From: Candidatus Nomurabacteria bacterium
GTDB taxonomy: Bacteria; Patescibacteriota; Minisyncoccia; Phycocordibacterales; Phycocordibacteraceae
Length of the DNA: 62,529 nt
Direction of reading: 5' to 3'
NCBI GenBank assembly: GCA_943353835.1
Contig: CALRBA010000002.1
Span: 1-62,529 of the forward strand
In this document: piece after piece, positions 1-9,809 of the stretch
Position numbering within the stretch: the stretch's first letter is position 1
How the letters are laid out: each line of letters begins with the position of its first letter
Translations under genes and position numbers: made by a program
Notes under the pieces: model-generated
Told to the model about the DNA's origin: nothing
Databases searched by the model: none
The model's input: only the letters and a program-made list of their open reading frames with translations

Positions 1-177
1 AAAAGAAAGTATGAGACGGCAGGGCGAAGGGCGGCCCCGCGAGTCCGCGAGCGGGGCGAGCGCCGAGGCTCTGCGAGGCGCGAGTGATCATTGCTTCGGG
101 CTCTGGGTGAAATAGGTTCGAGTTTGGTAGTATAGAGCCACCATACAAGGGACAATTTTTTGTGATATCGTAGATAA

Positions 178-1137
178 ATGAGCGAACAAAAACCAGTTCT
201 AGTCTCCGGAATTAAGCCGACCGGAGAACTGCATATCGGGAACTATTTTGGCGCGATGCGCCAGTTTGTCGAGCTGACCAATGGAGGGAAGTATCGCCCC
301 TTTATCTTCGTCGCCGACTATCACGCCCTGAACACAATGCAGGATGCCGAGGAGATGCGTCGGCGCACCCGCGAGCTGGTGATGACGTATCTCGCCATCG
401 GCCTTGACCCCAAGGATGTCGTCCTTTTCAAGCAGTCAGATGTGTCAGCGCACACAGAGCTATGTTGGATATTTGACACTATCACGACGATGCCGTACCT
501 CCAGCGCGCACACGCCTTTAAGGATGCTGAAGCAAAGAATAAAGAAATCTCTGTCGGCACCTTCAACTATCCGATGCTAATGGCCGCCGACATCCTACTC
601 TATGACGCAGATGTCGTGCCGGTGGGCGCTGACCAGAAACAGCATATTGAAATTGCCCGTGACACCGCAGAGAAGTTCAACCGCACTTTCAAGACTGATG
701 TTTTCAAGCTCCCAGAGCCGCACATTATGCCCGAGGTTGCGGTTGTCCCCGGCACCGACGGGAAGAAGATGAGTAAGAGTTCTGGGAATGTCATCCCACT
801 TTTCGGCTCACGCGACGAAATCGCCAAAGCAGTAATGAGTATTGTGACCGACTCCTCGGGCGACCGCCCAGAAAATGTGTACCAGATACACCGACTCTTC
901 AGAAGCGATGTGAACTTAAACGCACTTTACGACGAACATCGTGGTAATTACAAAGCGTTGAAGGAAACGCTTATTGAGGACTTGGACCGCTATCTCGCGC
1001 CGATGCGTGCGAAGTATGAAGAATTGAAAGAAAATCCTGATATTGTTGAAGAGGTGCTCGAGAGCGGGAAGCGCGAAGCACGCGCCGTGAGCGAGACGAA
1101 GATGGAGCAGGTACGCAAGGCTATCGGTGTGGCATAA
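178..1137 (+). CDS. trpS: Tryptophanyl-tRNA synthetase (class I)
   Basis: 319 aa. HIGH-type motif GELHIGNYFGA near the N-terminus and KMSKS motif (GKKMSKSSGN). Size is typical of TrpRS. Confidence 0.9.
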   Translation: MSEQKPVLVSGIKPTGELHIGNYFGAMRQFVELTNGGKYRPFIFVADYHALNTMQDAEEMRRRTRELVMTYLAIGLDPKDVVLFKQSDVSAHTELCWIFDTITTMPYLQRAHAFKDAEAKNKEISVGTFNYPMLMAADILLYDADVVPVGADQKQHIEIARDTAEKFNRTFKTDVFKLPEPHIMPEVAVVPGTDGKKMSKSSGNVIPLFGSRDEIAKAVMSIVTDSSGDRPENVYQIHRLFRSDVNLNALYDEHRGNYKALKETLIEDLDRYLAPMRAKYEELKENPDIVEEVLESGKREARAVSETKMEQVRKAIGVA

Positions 1138-1145
1138 TAGTTGAT

Positions 1146-2441
1146 ATGGACAGGATGCTTATCGGAGAGCTTGGGAAGCACGTCGGTGAGACGGTTTCCG
1201 TCTCGGGCTGGGTGGATGTGCGAAGAGACCAAGGGAAAATGGTCTTTTTTGATTTCCGCGACCGGAGCGGCTCAGTGCAGGGTGTTGTTCTCCCGAAAAG
1301 CAATGCGATGGAAACAGCAAAGGATGTTCGTAGCGAATATGTCGTTCGCGTCGGGGGAGTGGTGAACAAGCGTCCGGAGAAGAACACACAGGCCAATCGG
1401 CAGAACGGCGAGATAGAGCTTGAAATTATCAGCATAGAAGTGCTCTCCAAGGCGGAGATACCGTTTGAGCTTGGTGCCGAGGTCAATCTGGACACCTATC
1501 TTGACCATCAGCCATACACCCTCCGCAGCCAAAAGGCCCGTGACATATTCAAGGTGCAAGGAACGATCATCCAAGCATTTCGTGACAGTATGCGCACCCA
1601 AGATTTCGTAGAATTCCAAGCGCCTGCGCTCGTCGGCGGCGACGCCGAGGGTGGCGCGGCGGCGTTTGAGGTTGAATATTATTACGACCACAAAGCATAC
1701 CTCGCCACCTCCCCTCAATTTTATAAGCAGATTATGGTCGGAGTCTTTGAACGCGCCTTCACAACGCCGAAAGTGTTTCGAGGCGAGAAGCACAGCACCA
1801 CACGCCATCTGAGCGAATACAGTTCGCTTGATTTTGAAATGGGATTTATCAAAGACCATCTTGATGTGATGGCGGTGCTCACCCAGACTATTCGACATAT
1901 CGTTGACCGTACAGGACTATCGGTCGCACTGCCAAAAGAAATTCCCGTGCTTAAGTTACGCGAGGCGCAGAAAATCCTTGGTGTCAGCGAAGACCCCGAT
2001 CTTGAGCCGGAACATGAACGGGCGATATGCGCATGGGCGCTGAAGGAGAAGGGGAGCGATTTCGTCTTCGTAACGCATTATCCTGTCTCAAAACGCCCCT
2101 TCTATACCTACGAAGACGAGGCCGACCCCGGATATACTAAGAGCTTTGATCTCCTTTTTCGAGGACTTGAGGTCACCACCGGCGGTCAACGCATCCATAC
2201 CTACGAACATCTTGTGGAGCGTATAAAGGACAAAGGTCTTGACCCTGAGAAATTCAGTTTTTATCTTGAAGCATTCAAGGTCGGTATGCCACCGCATGGC
2301 GGCTCCGCTACGGGGCTTGAACGCCTCACCGCGCGCCTGCTGAACCTGCCGAATGTGAAAGAAGCTACTCTCTTCCCGCGCGACCTGAATCGTATTGATA
2401 CACTTCTTTCAACAGATGCAACTCTGGCCGAAGCTGATTAG
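1146..2441 (+). CDS. aspS: Aspartyl-tRNA synthetase, archaeal/eukaryotic-type short form (class II)
   Basis: 431 aa. N-terminal OB-fold region, motif FRGEKHSTTRHLSEY resembling archaeal AspRS FRAEEHNTTRHL, and GGQRIH motif 3 region. Confidence 0.8.
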   Translation: MDRMLIGELGKHVGETVSVSGWVDVRRDQGKMVFFDFRDRSGSVQGVVLPKSNAMETAKDVRSEYVVRVGGVVNKRPEKNTQANRQNGEIELEIISIEVLSKAEIPFELGAEVNLDTYLDHQPYTLRSQKARDIFKVQGTIIQAFRDSMRTQDFVEFQAPALVGGDAEGGAAAFEVEYYYDHKAYLATSPQFYKQIMVGVFERAFTTPKVFRGEKHSTTRHLSEYSSLDFEMGFIKDHLDVMAVLTQTIRHIVDRTGLSVALPKEIPVLKLREAQKILGVSEDPDLEPEHERAICAWALKEKGSDFVFVTHYPVSKRPFYTYEDEADPGYTKSFDLLFRGLEVTTGGQRIHTYEHLVERIKDKGLDPEKFSFYLEAFKVGMPPHGGSATGLERLTARLLNLPNVKEATLFPRDLNRIDTLLSTDATLAEAD

Positions 2442-2444
2442 CCC

Positions 2445-3860
2445 ATGAAGATGACTTTGAAGAATGGGAATATTAAAAGTGCGTCGAAGAGCTTTGTGCG
2501 CATCAGTCTTACCGATAAGCCGAAAGGCACAAAGAAATTTGTAAGACAAAATGGAATAGAAACGCTTGAAATCGGAGCGGGAAAGCCTTCCGAAATGAAT
2601 CTGCGCAAATTCATCATCCTTTGTCGCGCTATCGTGAACACAGCAAAGGCGAATAAGTGTAAGAAAATTGCGATTCAGTTTGACCGCACACTAGAACTTT
2701 TTAAGAATCTTCGCAGTGTCACTCCCGAACATATTTCTCAACTGGCTGCAGAGAACTTTGAGATGGCGAACTTTGACTTCAATCTCTTTAAGACAAAACC
2801 AAAAGAGGGTTGGGATATTGTCGAAGATGTATATATCTATGGGAAATTTTCGTTGGAAGTTGAAGAAGCTGTAAAAAAGGGGCAAGAGATCGGCAAAGCG
2901 GTAAATGCGTGCCGTATACTCGCGAACACACCTGGTGGTGATATGACACCGAGTATACTTGCTAAGGATGCAAAGAATGCCGTCAAGGGTTTACCAGTAA
3001 AAGTAACTACACTCGATAAGAAGCAAATTGGGAAGCTTGGTATGGGCGCGGTACTCGGAGTTGCAAAAGGTTCAACAGAAGAACCAAAATTCATAGTTCT
3101 TGAATACAAAGGCGGGAAAGGGAAGCCCGTAGTGCTTATCGGTAAGGGTGTTACGTTTGACAGTGGCGGACTGAATTTGAAACCTTCAAATTCTATATAC
3201 GAAATGCATATGGATATGTCTGGAGGCGCTTCGGGCATCCACGCGGTCGCGCTTGCCGCGCGACTGAAGCTGAAGCAGTCGGTCGTCGGACTCATTCCGG
3301 CAGTGGAGAATATGCCGAGGAATAATGCGCTCCGCCCCGGCGATGTGCTCACATCGCTCTTGGGCAAAACGATTGAGGTACTTGACACCGATGCCGAGGG
3401 TCGCCTTATTCTCGCTGACGCGCTCACCTATGCGAAGCGATTCAATCCTTCAGTTGTTATTGATATAGCGACGCTGACGGGTGCTGTGATTTCGGCACTC
3501 GGACTCTATGCGAGCGGACTGCTCACGCGCGATGATGCGCTTGCTGAGCAACTCGTGCGTGACGGCGAAATTTCTGGCGACTATGTATGGCGGTTGCCGC
3601 TTTGGGACGAATACGAGCACCGCGTGAAGGGAACCTTCGCTGACCTGAAGAATGTGCCGGGCGGGAGCACCAGCCGATACGGAGGCGCCACAGATGGCGG
3701 TATGTTCCTCTGGCAATTCGCGAAAGAGCTTGGATGCCCGTGGGCTCATCTCGACATAGCATCAAGAATGACTTCTGCCGAGGGCGACGAGCTCGCCAAG
3801 GGTGCGGCGGGGACACCTGTGCGACTCCTCATTCGCTTTATCGAACAAAATGCCGTTTAA
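2445..3860 (+). CDS. pepA: Leucyl aminopeptidase, M17 family
   Basis: Motifs NTPGGDMTP, VTFDSGGLNLKP and DTDAEGRLILADAL are typical of M17 cytosol aminopeptidases. Confidence 0.9.
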   Translation: MKMTLKNGNIKSASKSFVRISLTDKPKGTKKFVRQNGIETLEIGAGKPSEMNLRKFIILCRAIVNTAKANKCKKIAIQFDRTLELFKNLRSVTPEHISQLAAENFEMANFDFNLFKTKPKEGWDIVEDVYIYGKFSLEVEEAVKKGQEIGKAVNACRILANTPGGDMTPSILAKDAKNAVKGLPVKVTTLDKKQIGKLGMGAVLGVAKGSTEEPKFIVLEYKGGKGKPVVLIGKGVTFDSGGLNLKPSNSIYEMHMDMSGGASGIHAVALAARLKLKQSVVGLIPAVENMPRNNALRPGDVLTSLLGKTIEVLDTDAEGRLILADALTYAKRFNPSVVIDIATLTGAVISALGLYASGLLTRDDALAEQLVRDGEISGDYVWRLPLWDEYEHRVKGTFADLKNVPGGSTSRYGGATDGGMFLWQFAKELGCPWAHLDIASRMTSAEGDELAKGAAGTPVRLLIRFIEQNAV

Positions 3861-4572
3861 CATAAAAACAGATTCATACGAAGGCCCGTTTGAGCTCCTG
3901 CTTGACCTTATAGAGAAGCGTAAGCTCTTGGTGAACGACCTGGCTCTTTCCAATATCACAGAGGACTTCATTCAACATGTACGCGCACAATCAGCTTTTC
4001 CTGTTGAAGAGACCGCGAACTTTATTCAAATCGCGGCGACACTTCTTCTTATAAAATCAAAATCGCTAATTCCAGATATTGCGTTAACCGATGAAGAAAC
4101 TGCCGACGTTGAAGACCTGAAACGCAGATTGGAAGCATATGAAAAAGTGCGCGAGGCATCGCGTGAACTCTCGCGTATTTTCGGCAGAACAATGCTGTTG
4201 CCGGCCGGAGAGCGTGTTCCTGAAGTTTCATTCGCGCCGTCACACGACCTGTCTCCAGGCGCGCTCGCTGAAGCGCTCGCGCGCGTACTCTCCGCGCGCG
4301 AGGTGGTTGAAGAGCTCCCCACTGCGAGCGTGAAGCCTCTCGTAACAATTGAAGAAATGATGGACAGGCTCGCGAAGCGCGTTCAGAGCGCAATGACGCT
4401 CTCGTTCAACGAATTTTCCGGAACAACGAAGGAAAAAATAGAAATCATCGTATCTTTTCTAGCTCTTCTTGAGCTCGTGAAGCAGGGCGCTGTTGCCGCC
4501 GAACAATTTGGTACCTATGGCGACATTCGCATCAGCCACACTGCTCATTCCTCCGTCCCGCGGTACGGATAA
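3850..4572 (+). CDS. scpA: Segregation and condensation protein A (kleisin)
   Basis: The N-terminus MPFNIKTDSYEGPFELLLDLIEKRKL is typical of ScpA. I chose the internal ATG at 3850, which overlaps the pepA stop by 11 nt, rather than the ORF-track start at 3802. Confidence 0.85.
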   Translation: MPFNIKTDSYEGPFELLLDLIEKRKLLVNDLALSNITEDFIQHVRAQSAFPVEETANFIQIAATLLLIKSKSLIPDIALTDEETADVEDLKRRLEAYEKVREASRELSRIFGRTMLLPAGERVPEVSFAPSHDLSPGALAEALARVLSAREVVEELPTASVKPLVTIEEMMDRLAKRVQSAMTLSFNEFSGTTKEKIEIIVSFLALLELVKQGAVAAEQFGTYGDIRISHTAHSSVPRYG

Positions 4573-4575
4573 ATA

Positions 4576-4971
4576 ATGACTGAAGAAAAAATAAAACACG
4601 ATTGGTGGCAGAAGGGACGAGGACTTGACCTATGGTCCATTCCTCATTTCCTCTTCGGAATTCTCACCGGGTTTTTACCATCGCTTATAGGGATATCGTT
4701 TCTTACCGCGCTTACCCTTACACTCATACTCGCGATGTCGTGGGAAATATATGAAAAATTCGTTGGCATTAAAGAAACCATTCAGAACAGTGTACTGGAT
4801 ATTATCTTACCTATTTTTTCTTTCACGCTCACATCCTTTATTCTCCTTGTTTATCCTCTGCACCCCAACGACCTTCTGGTCGTCGCTATCGCTGTTTTGG
4901 CTCTTTACATATTTACTAATCTTTCCGGCTGGTTAGCCTACCGTCGCCGACAACGCGATTTTATGAATTGA
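4576..4971 (+). CDS. Hypothetical integral membrane protein (about 4 TM segments)
   Basis: 131 aa, hydrophobic helices. Located between scpA and scpB with tight spacing. Confidence 0.5.
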   Translation: MTEEKIKHDWWQKGRGLDLWSIPHFLFGILTGFLPSLIGISFLTALTLTLILAMSWEIYEKFVGIKETIQNSVLDIILPIFSFTLTSFILLVYPLHPNDLLVVAIAVLALYIFTNLSGWLAYRRRQRDFMN

Positions 4972-5026
4972 ACATCCCCAGTATAGGACGTTGCCGAGGA
5001 GAGGCCAGACGGTTATGATTAGATGA

Positions 5027-5536
5027 ATGCTTACTCCTCCAGCCGCACTTGAAGCCCTGCTTTTCGCCAATGGCGGACCGATTGATAAAAAACAGCTGGT
5101 GAGACTTCTTGCTCTCAACGACGCAGAACTGGCAGTGACTCTCGGGGTTTTGTCTGACTCACTCAAAGAACGCGGTATTACGATTGTTGAGACTGCAGGA
5201 GAAGTAGAACTTCGCACAGCTCCTGAAGCATCGGTTATAGTTAAGAAACTGCGCGAAAGTGAACTCTCTCGCGACCTAGGGAAGGCTAGTATGGAAACTC
5301 TGGCAGTTATTGCATACCAGACTGGAACGACGCGCGGTGAGATAGACTGGGTTCGCGGAGTTAACTCATCCGCGTCACTCCGCACGCTTCTCATTCGCGG
5401 TCTTATAGAGGGCAGGGAGGACGAACGCGATAAGCGCCGTATACGTTACAGTCTGACAACGGACGCTCTTGCATACTTAGGAATTTCTCGTGCTGAAGAG
5501 TTGCCGCGCGCCAAGGAATTTATGAAATCTGTATGA
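5027..5536 (+). CDS. scpB: Segregation and condensation protein B
   Basis: 169 aa. N-terminal EALLFANGGPI motif and two winged-helix-like halves. Confidence 0.85.
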   Translation: MLTPPAALEALLFANGGPIDKKQLVRLLALNDAELAVTLGVLSDSLKERGITIVETAGEVELRTAPEASVIVKKLRESELSRDLGKASMETLAVIAYQTGTTRGEIDWVRGVNSSASLRTLLIRGLIEGREDERDKRRIRYSLTTDALAYLGISRAEELPRAKEFMKSV

Positions 5537-6474
5537 ACATACCAGATTTACGACAACTCGCCCACGATACCCGCTCTATGCGCGAAGCAGGCATTACTCT
5601 TCTTATAGCATCGGCAGTTCTACTTCTTTTTCTCTTAGTACCGTTTGGGCCAAAGACCGTACCCGTCGAACCTGTCGCCACTAAGATAGTGCCGGACTCA
5701 TTTACTAATATCCCACTTCAAGCAAATGCCGTTATCGTCTATGACCTTGTAACAAAAGAGACTTTATATGCGAAGAATGCCGATGCACAGCTCCCGCTTG
5801 CCTCGCTCACAAAGCTTCTCACAGTCTATGCCGCACTCACGATATTATCGCCTGAAACTCCGATAATTATTCCTGAAAGCGCAGTATCGATTGACGGACC
5901 ACACACATTCTCTGTAGGACAGACATTTTCTCTTTCTGATTTAGCCCGTCTGACTCTGACCGCATCGTTAAATGACGGTGCCGTTGCTATAGCCAGCGCG
6001 ACTGCAGAGCGAGAAAGCCGGTCAGAGAGTGAGATGCTCGCTGGCGCGGCAGCCGCGCTTAATCTCTCGCAAACGTATGCGGTTAACGGTAGCGGTCTTG
6101 ACGTGAACACTATTATTTCAGGTGGCTATGGTTCTGCACGAGATTTAGCTCGTCTAGCAGGCGCAATTGTTGAAAAGGCTCCGTATATTGCGGAGGCTAC
6201 AACACAGAGCTTTGCAAAGGCAGTATCAGCAGGAGGAACGCTCTTTTCGGTAAAAAATACCGACCCGATAATCGGTTCAGTACAACGATTGCTTCTTTCC
6301 AAAACAGGCTACACGGACCTCGCGGGCGGTAATCTGGTACTCGTATTTGATGCTGGAATAAATCATCCGATAGCAGTCGTCGTTCTCGGCTCTTCGCTCC
6401 CGGAGCGATTCACTGACGGAGTCGCTCTTGTGGCAGCTACCATTGCACACTTCGCCGGAGTTGCATCTCTATGA
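5533..6474 (+). CDS. D-alanyl-D-alanine carboxypeptidase (S11 low-MW PBP), membrane anchored
   Basis: SxxK (ASLTKLLT), SxN (SLND) and KTG (SKTGYT) motifs, with an N-terminal TM helix. Confidence 0.8.
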   Translation: MNIPDLRQLAHDTRSMREAGITLLIASAVLLLFLLVPFGPKTVPVEPVATKIVPDSFTNIPLQANAVIVYDLVTKETLYAKNADAQLPLASLTKLLTVYAALTILSPETPIIIPESAVSIDGPHTFSVGQTFSLSDLARLTLTASLNDGAVAIASATAERESRSESEMLAGAAAALNLSQTYAVNGSGLDVNTIISGGYGSARDLARLAGAIVEKAPYIAEATTQSFAKAVSAGGTLFSVKNTDPIIGSVQRLLLSKTGYTDLAGGNLVLVFDAGINHPIAVVVLGSSLPERFTDGVALVAATIAHFAGVASL

Positions 6475-7550
6475 TTGACAGCACCAGCATTATTAAGGTA
6501 TTCATCCCTGCTACGGCGGCATTCGCAATCGGAATTTTATTCGCTCCGGTCCTCACACATTATCTGTACAAATATAAGATATGGAAGAAGGTGACGGGCA
6601 AGATTGCTCTAGACGGATCTACGGCCACCGAATTTGCAAAGCTACGCGAAAATCTTCACGCGGACACGGAAACAAGAACTCCAAGAATGGGAGGAATACT
6701 CATATGGGCGACGGTCGTTTTTGTTACTCTCGGGATATGGATACTCGCACAGATATTACCGTTTCCGTTTATTCAAAAACTTGATTTTTTCAGCAGAAGC
6801 CAGACATGGGTACCGCTTTTTACTCTCGTCGCCGGCGCTATAGTCGGATTCGTAAACGATGTTCTTGACGTACATCCTTCGGGAGAGAAGGGGATACGCC
6901 TGCGTACGCGACTCTTGTTCGTCTTGCTCATCTCAAGTTTTATAGGATGGTGGTTCTACGTAAAGTTGGGTATGGTTTCCATCGGCATTCCAGCGGACGG
7001 AACGCTGTATCTTGGTGCGCTTATTGTTCCTCTGTTTATGCTTGTGTCGCTCGGGCTCTACGCCGGAGGAGTAATAGACGGCATTGACGGACTTGCGGGA
7101 GGAATTTTCAGTACCGCTTTTATGGCATACGCCGGAATCGCATATTTTCAGAATCAGGTTAATCTGGCAGCATTTTCAGCGACATTGACCGGAGCGATAC
7201 TCGCTTTCCTTTGGTTCAATATTCCACCGGCACGTTTCTGGATGACGGAAACAGGTACCATGGGGCTCACTCTCACACTCGCAGTCATAGCATTCATGAC
7301 CGATACTCCGGGTAATGGTTACGGTATCGCGGCGCTTCCAATTATCGCATTTCCACTCGTCATCACAGTTTTTTCAAACATAATTCAAGTCGCGTCAAAG
7401 AAGATTCGCGGGAAAAAGGTTTTTAGAATCGCCCCTCTACACCACCATTTTGAGGCTATAGGCTGGCCTTCATATAAAGTGACTATGCGATACTGGATTA
7501 TTTCAATCGTCTGCGCAATTGTCGGTATGATAATCGCTCTTATTAAATAG
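6471..7550 (+). CDS. mraY: Phospho-N-acetylmuramoyl-pentapeptide transferase
   Basis: 359 aa polytopic membrane protein with APLHHHFE motif. ATGA-type overlap with the upstream gene. Confidence 0.9.
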   Translation: MIDSTSIIKVFIPATAAFAIGILFAPVLTHYLYKYKIWKKVTGKIALDGSTATEFAKLRENLHADTETRTPRMGGILIWATVVFVTLGIWILAQILPFPFIQKLDFFSRSQTWVPLFTLVAGAIVGFVNDVLDVHPSGEKGIRLRTRLLFVLLISSFIGWWFYVKLGMVSIGIPADGTLYLGALIVPLFMLVSLGLYAGGVIDGIDGLAGGIFSTAFMAYAGIAYFQNQVNLAAFSATLTGAILAFLWFNIPPARFWMTETGTMGLTLTLAVIAFMTDTPGNGYGIAALPIIAFPLVITVFSNIIQVASKKIRGKKVFRIAPLHHHFEAIGWPSYKVTMRYWIISIVCAIVGMIIALIK

Positions 7551-7552
7551 GT

Positions 7553-8650
7553 ATGAAATTTGTTTCCGGCGATAAAGTATTTTTCATGCTCATGCTCTGC
7601 ATTGTACTCGCTGGTCTTGCCATATTTTCTTCCGCTTCTCTTGGATTACTCGCCAGAGAGAGCAGTTCAGTATCAAAGGACATTTTGCTTCAGGCTGGAT
7701 TGGGACTCGGTCTCGGATTTTTAGCGTTGTTTCTCGCGCGTGTGACACCTCTTACCAGTATAAAACTCCTGTCGCCTTATATTTATGTAATCACGATTTT
7801 ATTCACAGCTCTAGTTTTTGTTCCCGGAATAGGATTTCAGTCAGGAGGCGCCACACGCTGGATAGATATAGGCTTCACGACCGCACAGCCATCTGAATTC
7901 TTGAAAATCGGATTTGTCTTGGTTCTCGCGTGGTGGCTCGCTCCGCGCGCGCGCCATCTCGCGGACTTTAAAAAAGGACTACTTCCGTTTATTTTTATAC
8001 TTGTTCTTCCGAGTGCTCTTCTTCTAGCACAACCGAATACTTCCACAACGCTTCTTATTCTGGCAACAGGTTCTGTTATGTACTTCGCCGCCGGAGCGCC
8101 GTGGAGAGACTTCTGGATTCTCGCACTCGGTGTAATTCTCGCCCTCGTCATTATCGTTTCAGTACGACCATATGTACTGGAACGAATAAAGACATTCATT
8201 GATCCGTCTGCGAATTCATTGACCAGCGGATATCAGATACAGCAGTCTCTAATCGCCATCGGCTCCGGCGGTCTGCTCGGAAGAGGGATGGGGCAAAGTG
8301 TGGGAAAGTTTAATTATCTTCCGGAGCCCGATGGTGATTCTATATTTGCCGTATTCGCAGAGGAGGCGGGATTCGTCGGGTCGTTTATTCTTATAGCGCT
8401 CTTTTTAGCTTTATCTGCGAGAGGAATAGTGATATCAGGATATTCTCAAGACCTTTTCGGTGGTCTTGTAGCACTCGGACTGTCGTTCTTAATTATTTTT
8501 CAGGCGTTTATTAATATAAGCGCGATGCTTGGAATTATTCCTCTAACTGGAATGCCTCTGCCGTTCATATCTCGCGGTGGTACCGCGCTTGTGGCCGTTC
8601 TAATCATGTGCGGTCTCATCCTCAACGTCGCATCCAATAAAAAAGCTTAA
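7553..8650 (+). CDS. ftsW: SEDS-family peptidoglycan glycosyltransferase (FtsW/RodA)
   Basis: 365 aa polytopic. LPEPDGDSIFAVFAEEAGFVG motif. Positioned between mraY and murG. Confidence 0.85.
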   Translation: MKFVSGDKVFFMLMLCIVLAGLAIFSSASLGLLARESSSVSKDILLQAGLGLGLGFLALFLARVTPLTSIKLLSPYIYVITILFTALVFVPGIGFQSGGATRWIDIGFTTAQPSEFLKIGFVLVLAWWLAPRARHLADFKKGLLPFIFILVLPSALLLAQPNTSTTLLILATGSVMYFAAGAPWRDFWILALGVILALVIIVSVRPYVLERIKTFIDPSANSLTSGYQIQQSLIAIGSGGLLGRGMGQSVGKFNYLPEPDGDSIFAVFAEEAGFVGSFILIALFLALSARGIVISGYSQDLFGGLVALGLSFLIIFQAFINISAMLGIIPLTGMPLPFISRGGTALVAVLIMCGLILNVASNKKA

Positions 8651-8669
8651 AAGCTGATATAGTTTAAAT

Positions 8670-9809
8670 ATGACCATCGTGTTTACCGGAGGGGGGAGTG
8701 GAGGACATTTTTATCCTATTATCGCCATTGCCGAGGCTCTGCAGGACCTCGTGCGCGAGAAGCATCTCATAGAACCGAGACTCTACTACCTCGCGCCAAC
8801 TTCCTTTGACGAGCAGTCGCTCTTTGCGAATGGCATAACCTTTATCAGAACACCGGCAGGGAAGGTACGCCGTTATGCATCAATTAGGAATTTCACCGAT
8901 TCTTTCATTACGTTAATCGGCACAATTTCCGCAATCTTCACTCTCTTCAGATTGTATCCCGACGTTGTGATGAGCAAGGGCGGGTACGGGAGCGTTCCGA
9001 CGACCCTAGCGGCGCGCATCCTTGGTATTCCTGTCATCATTCACGAGTCAGACGCTAAACCAGGCAGGGCGAATCTTCTTGCATCCAGGTGGGCGTTAAG
9101 AATCGCAATATCATTTGAAAGTGCCGTGAAATTTTTTCCGGAGAAAGTCAGAAGTAAAATAGCCAGAACTGGCATTCCGATACGCAAGGCGCTCATGCGT
9201 GTAGAGACAAAGGGCGCGCGACAATATCTCGGTCTTGAAGAAGGCATACCGACCGTTCTTGTTCTCGGAGGGTCGCAGGGCGCGATGAGTATAAACGAGG
9301 TTTTCGTCTCTGCACTACCTGACCTAGTATCATTCGCGAATATAATTCACCAAACAGGACAGGCAAATTTCAAAAATGTTCAAGAAATTTCTCAAGTCGT
9401 TCTGACTAAAAATCCGCATGCAGAACGCTATCACCCGATAAACTACTTAAACGAGATATCGCTACAAAGAGCCGCTGGCATTGCGGACATAGTAGTTTCG
9501 CGCGCAGGAGCAGGCTCAATAGCCGAGATAGGCATTTGGAAGAAGCCGGCGATACTTATTCCGATTCCGGAGTCTGTAAGTCACGACCAGCGAACAAACG
9601 CCTACGCATATGCGAGAACAGGAGCAGCCGTGGTTCTTGAAGAAGAAAATCTGACGCCTCACCTTATCGTTTCTGAAATTAAGCGCATCACGAGTAATCC
9701 GGAACTTAGAAAGCGAATGAGTGCTTCCGCACAAGGATTCACGGACCCTGACGCATCCCGTATTCTCGCCGGTGAGGTACTGTCCATTGCGCTTACTCAC
9801 GAATCATGA
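8670..9809 (+). CDS. murG: UDP-N-acetylglucosamine:LPS-pentapeptide GlcNAc transferase
   Basis: N-terminal GGGSGGHFYP glycine loop, GT28 architecture and dcw context. Confidence 0.9.
   Translation: MTIVFTGGGSGGHFYPIIAIAEALQDLVREKHLIEPRLYYLAPTSFDEQSLFANGITFIRTPAGKVRRYASIRNFTDSFITLIGTISAIFTLFRLYPDVVMSKGGYGSVPTTLAARILGIPVIIHESDAKPGRANLLASRWALRIAISFESAVKFFPEKVRSKIARTGIPIRKALMRVETKGARQYLGLEEGIPTVLVLGGSQGAMSINEVFVSALPDLVSFANIIHQTGQANFKNVQEISQVVLTKNPHAERYHPINYLNEISLQRAAGIADIVVSRAGAGSIAEIGIWKKPAILIPIPESVSHDQRTNAYAYARTGAAVVLEEENLTPHLIVSEIKRITSNPELRKRMSASAQGFTDPDASRILAGEVLSIALTHES

Noticed and set aside
1-177. GC-rich stretch with repeated GCGAG units and a tRNA-like end (GGTTCGAGT ... TAGAGCC-A-CCA pairing with GGCTCTG)
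   Set aside because: A 7-bp acceptor-like helix can be drawn, but no T arm or cloverleaf fits. The feature is cut by the window edge, so it cannot be interpreted.
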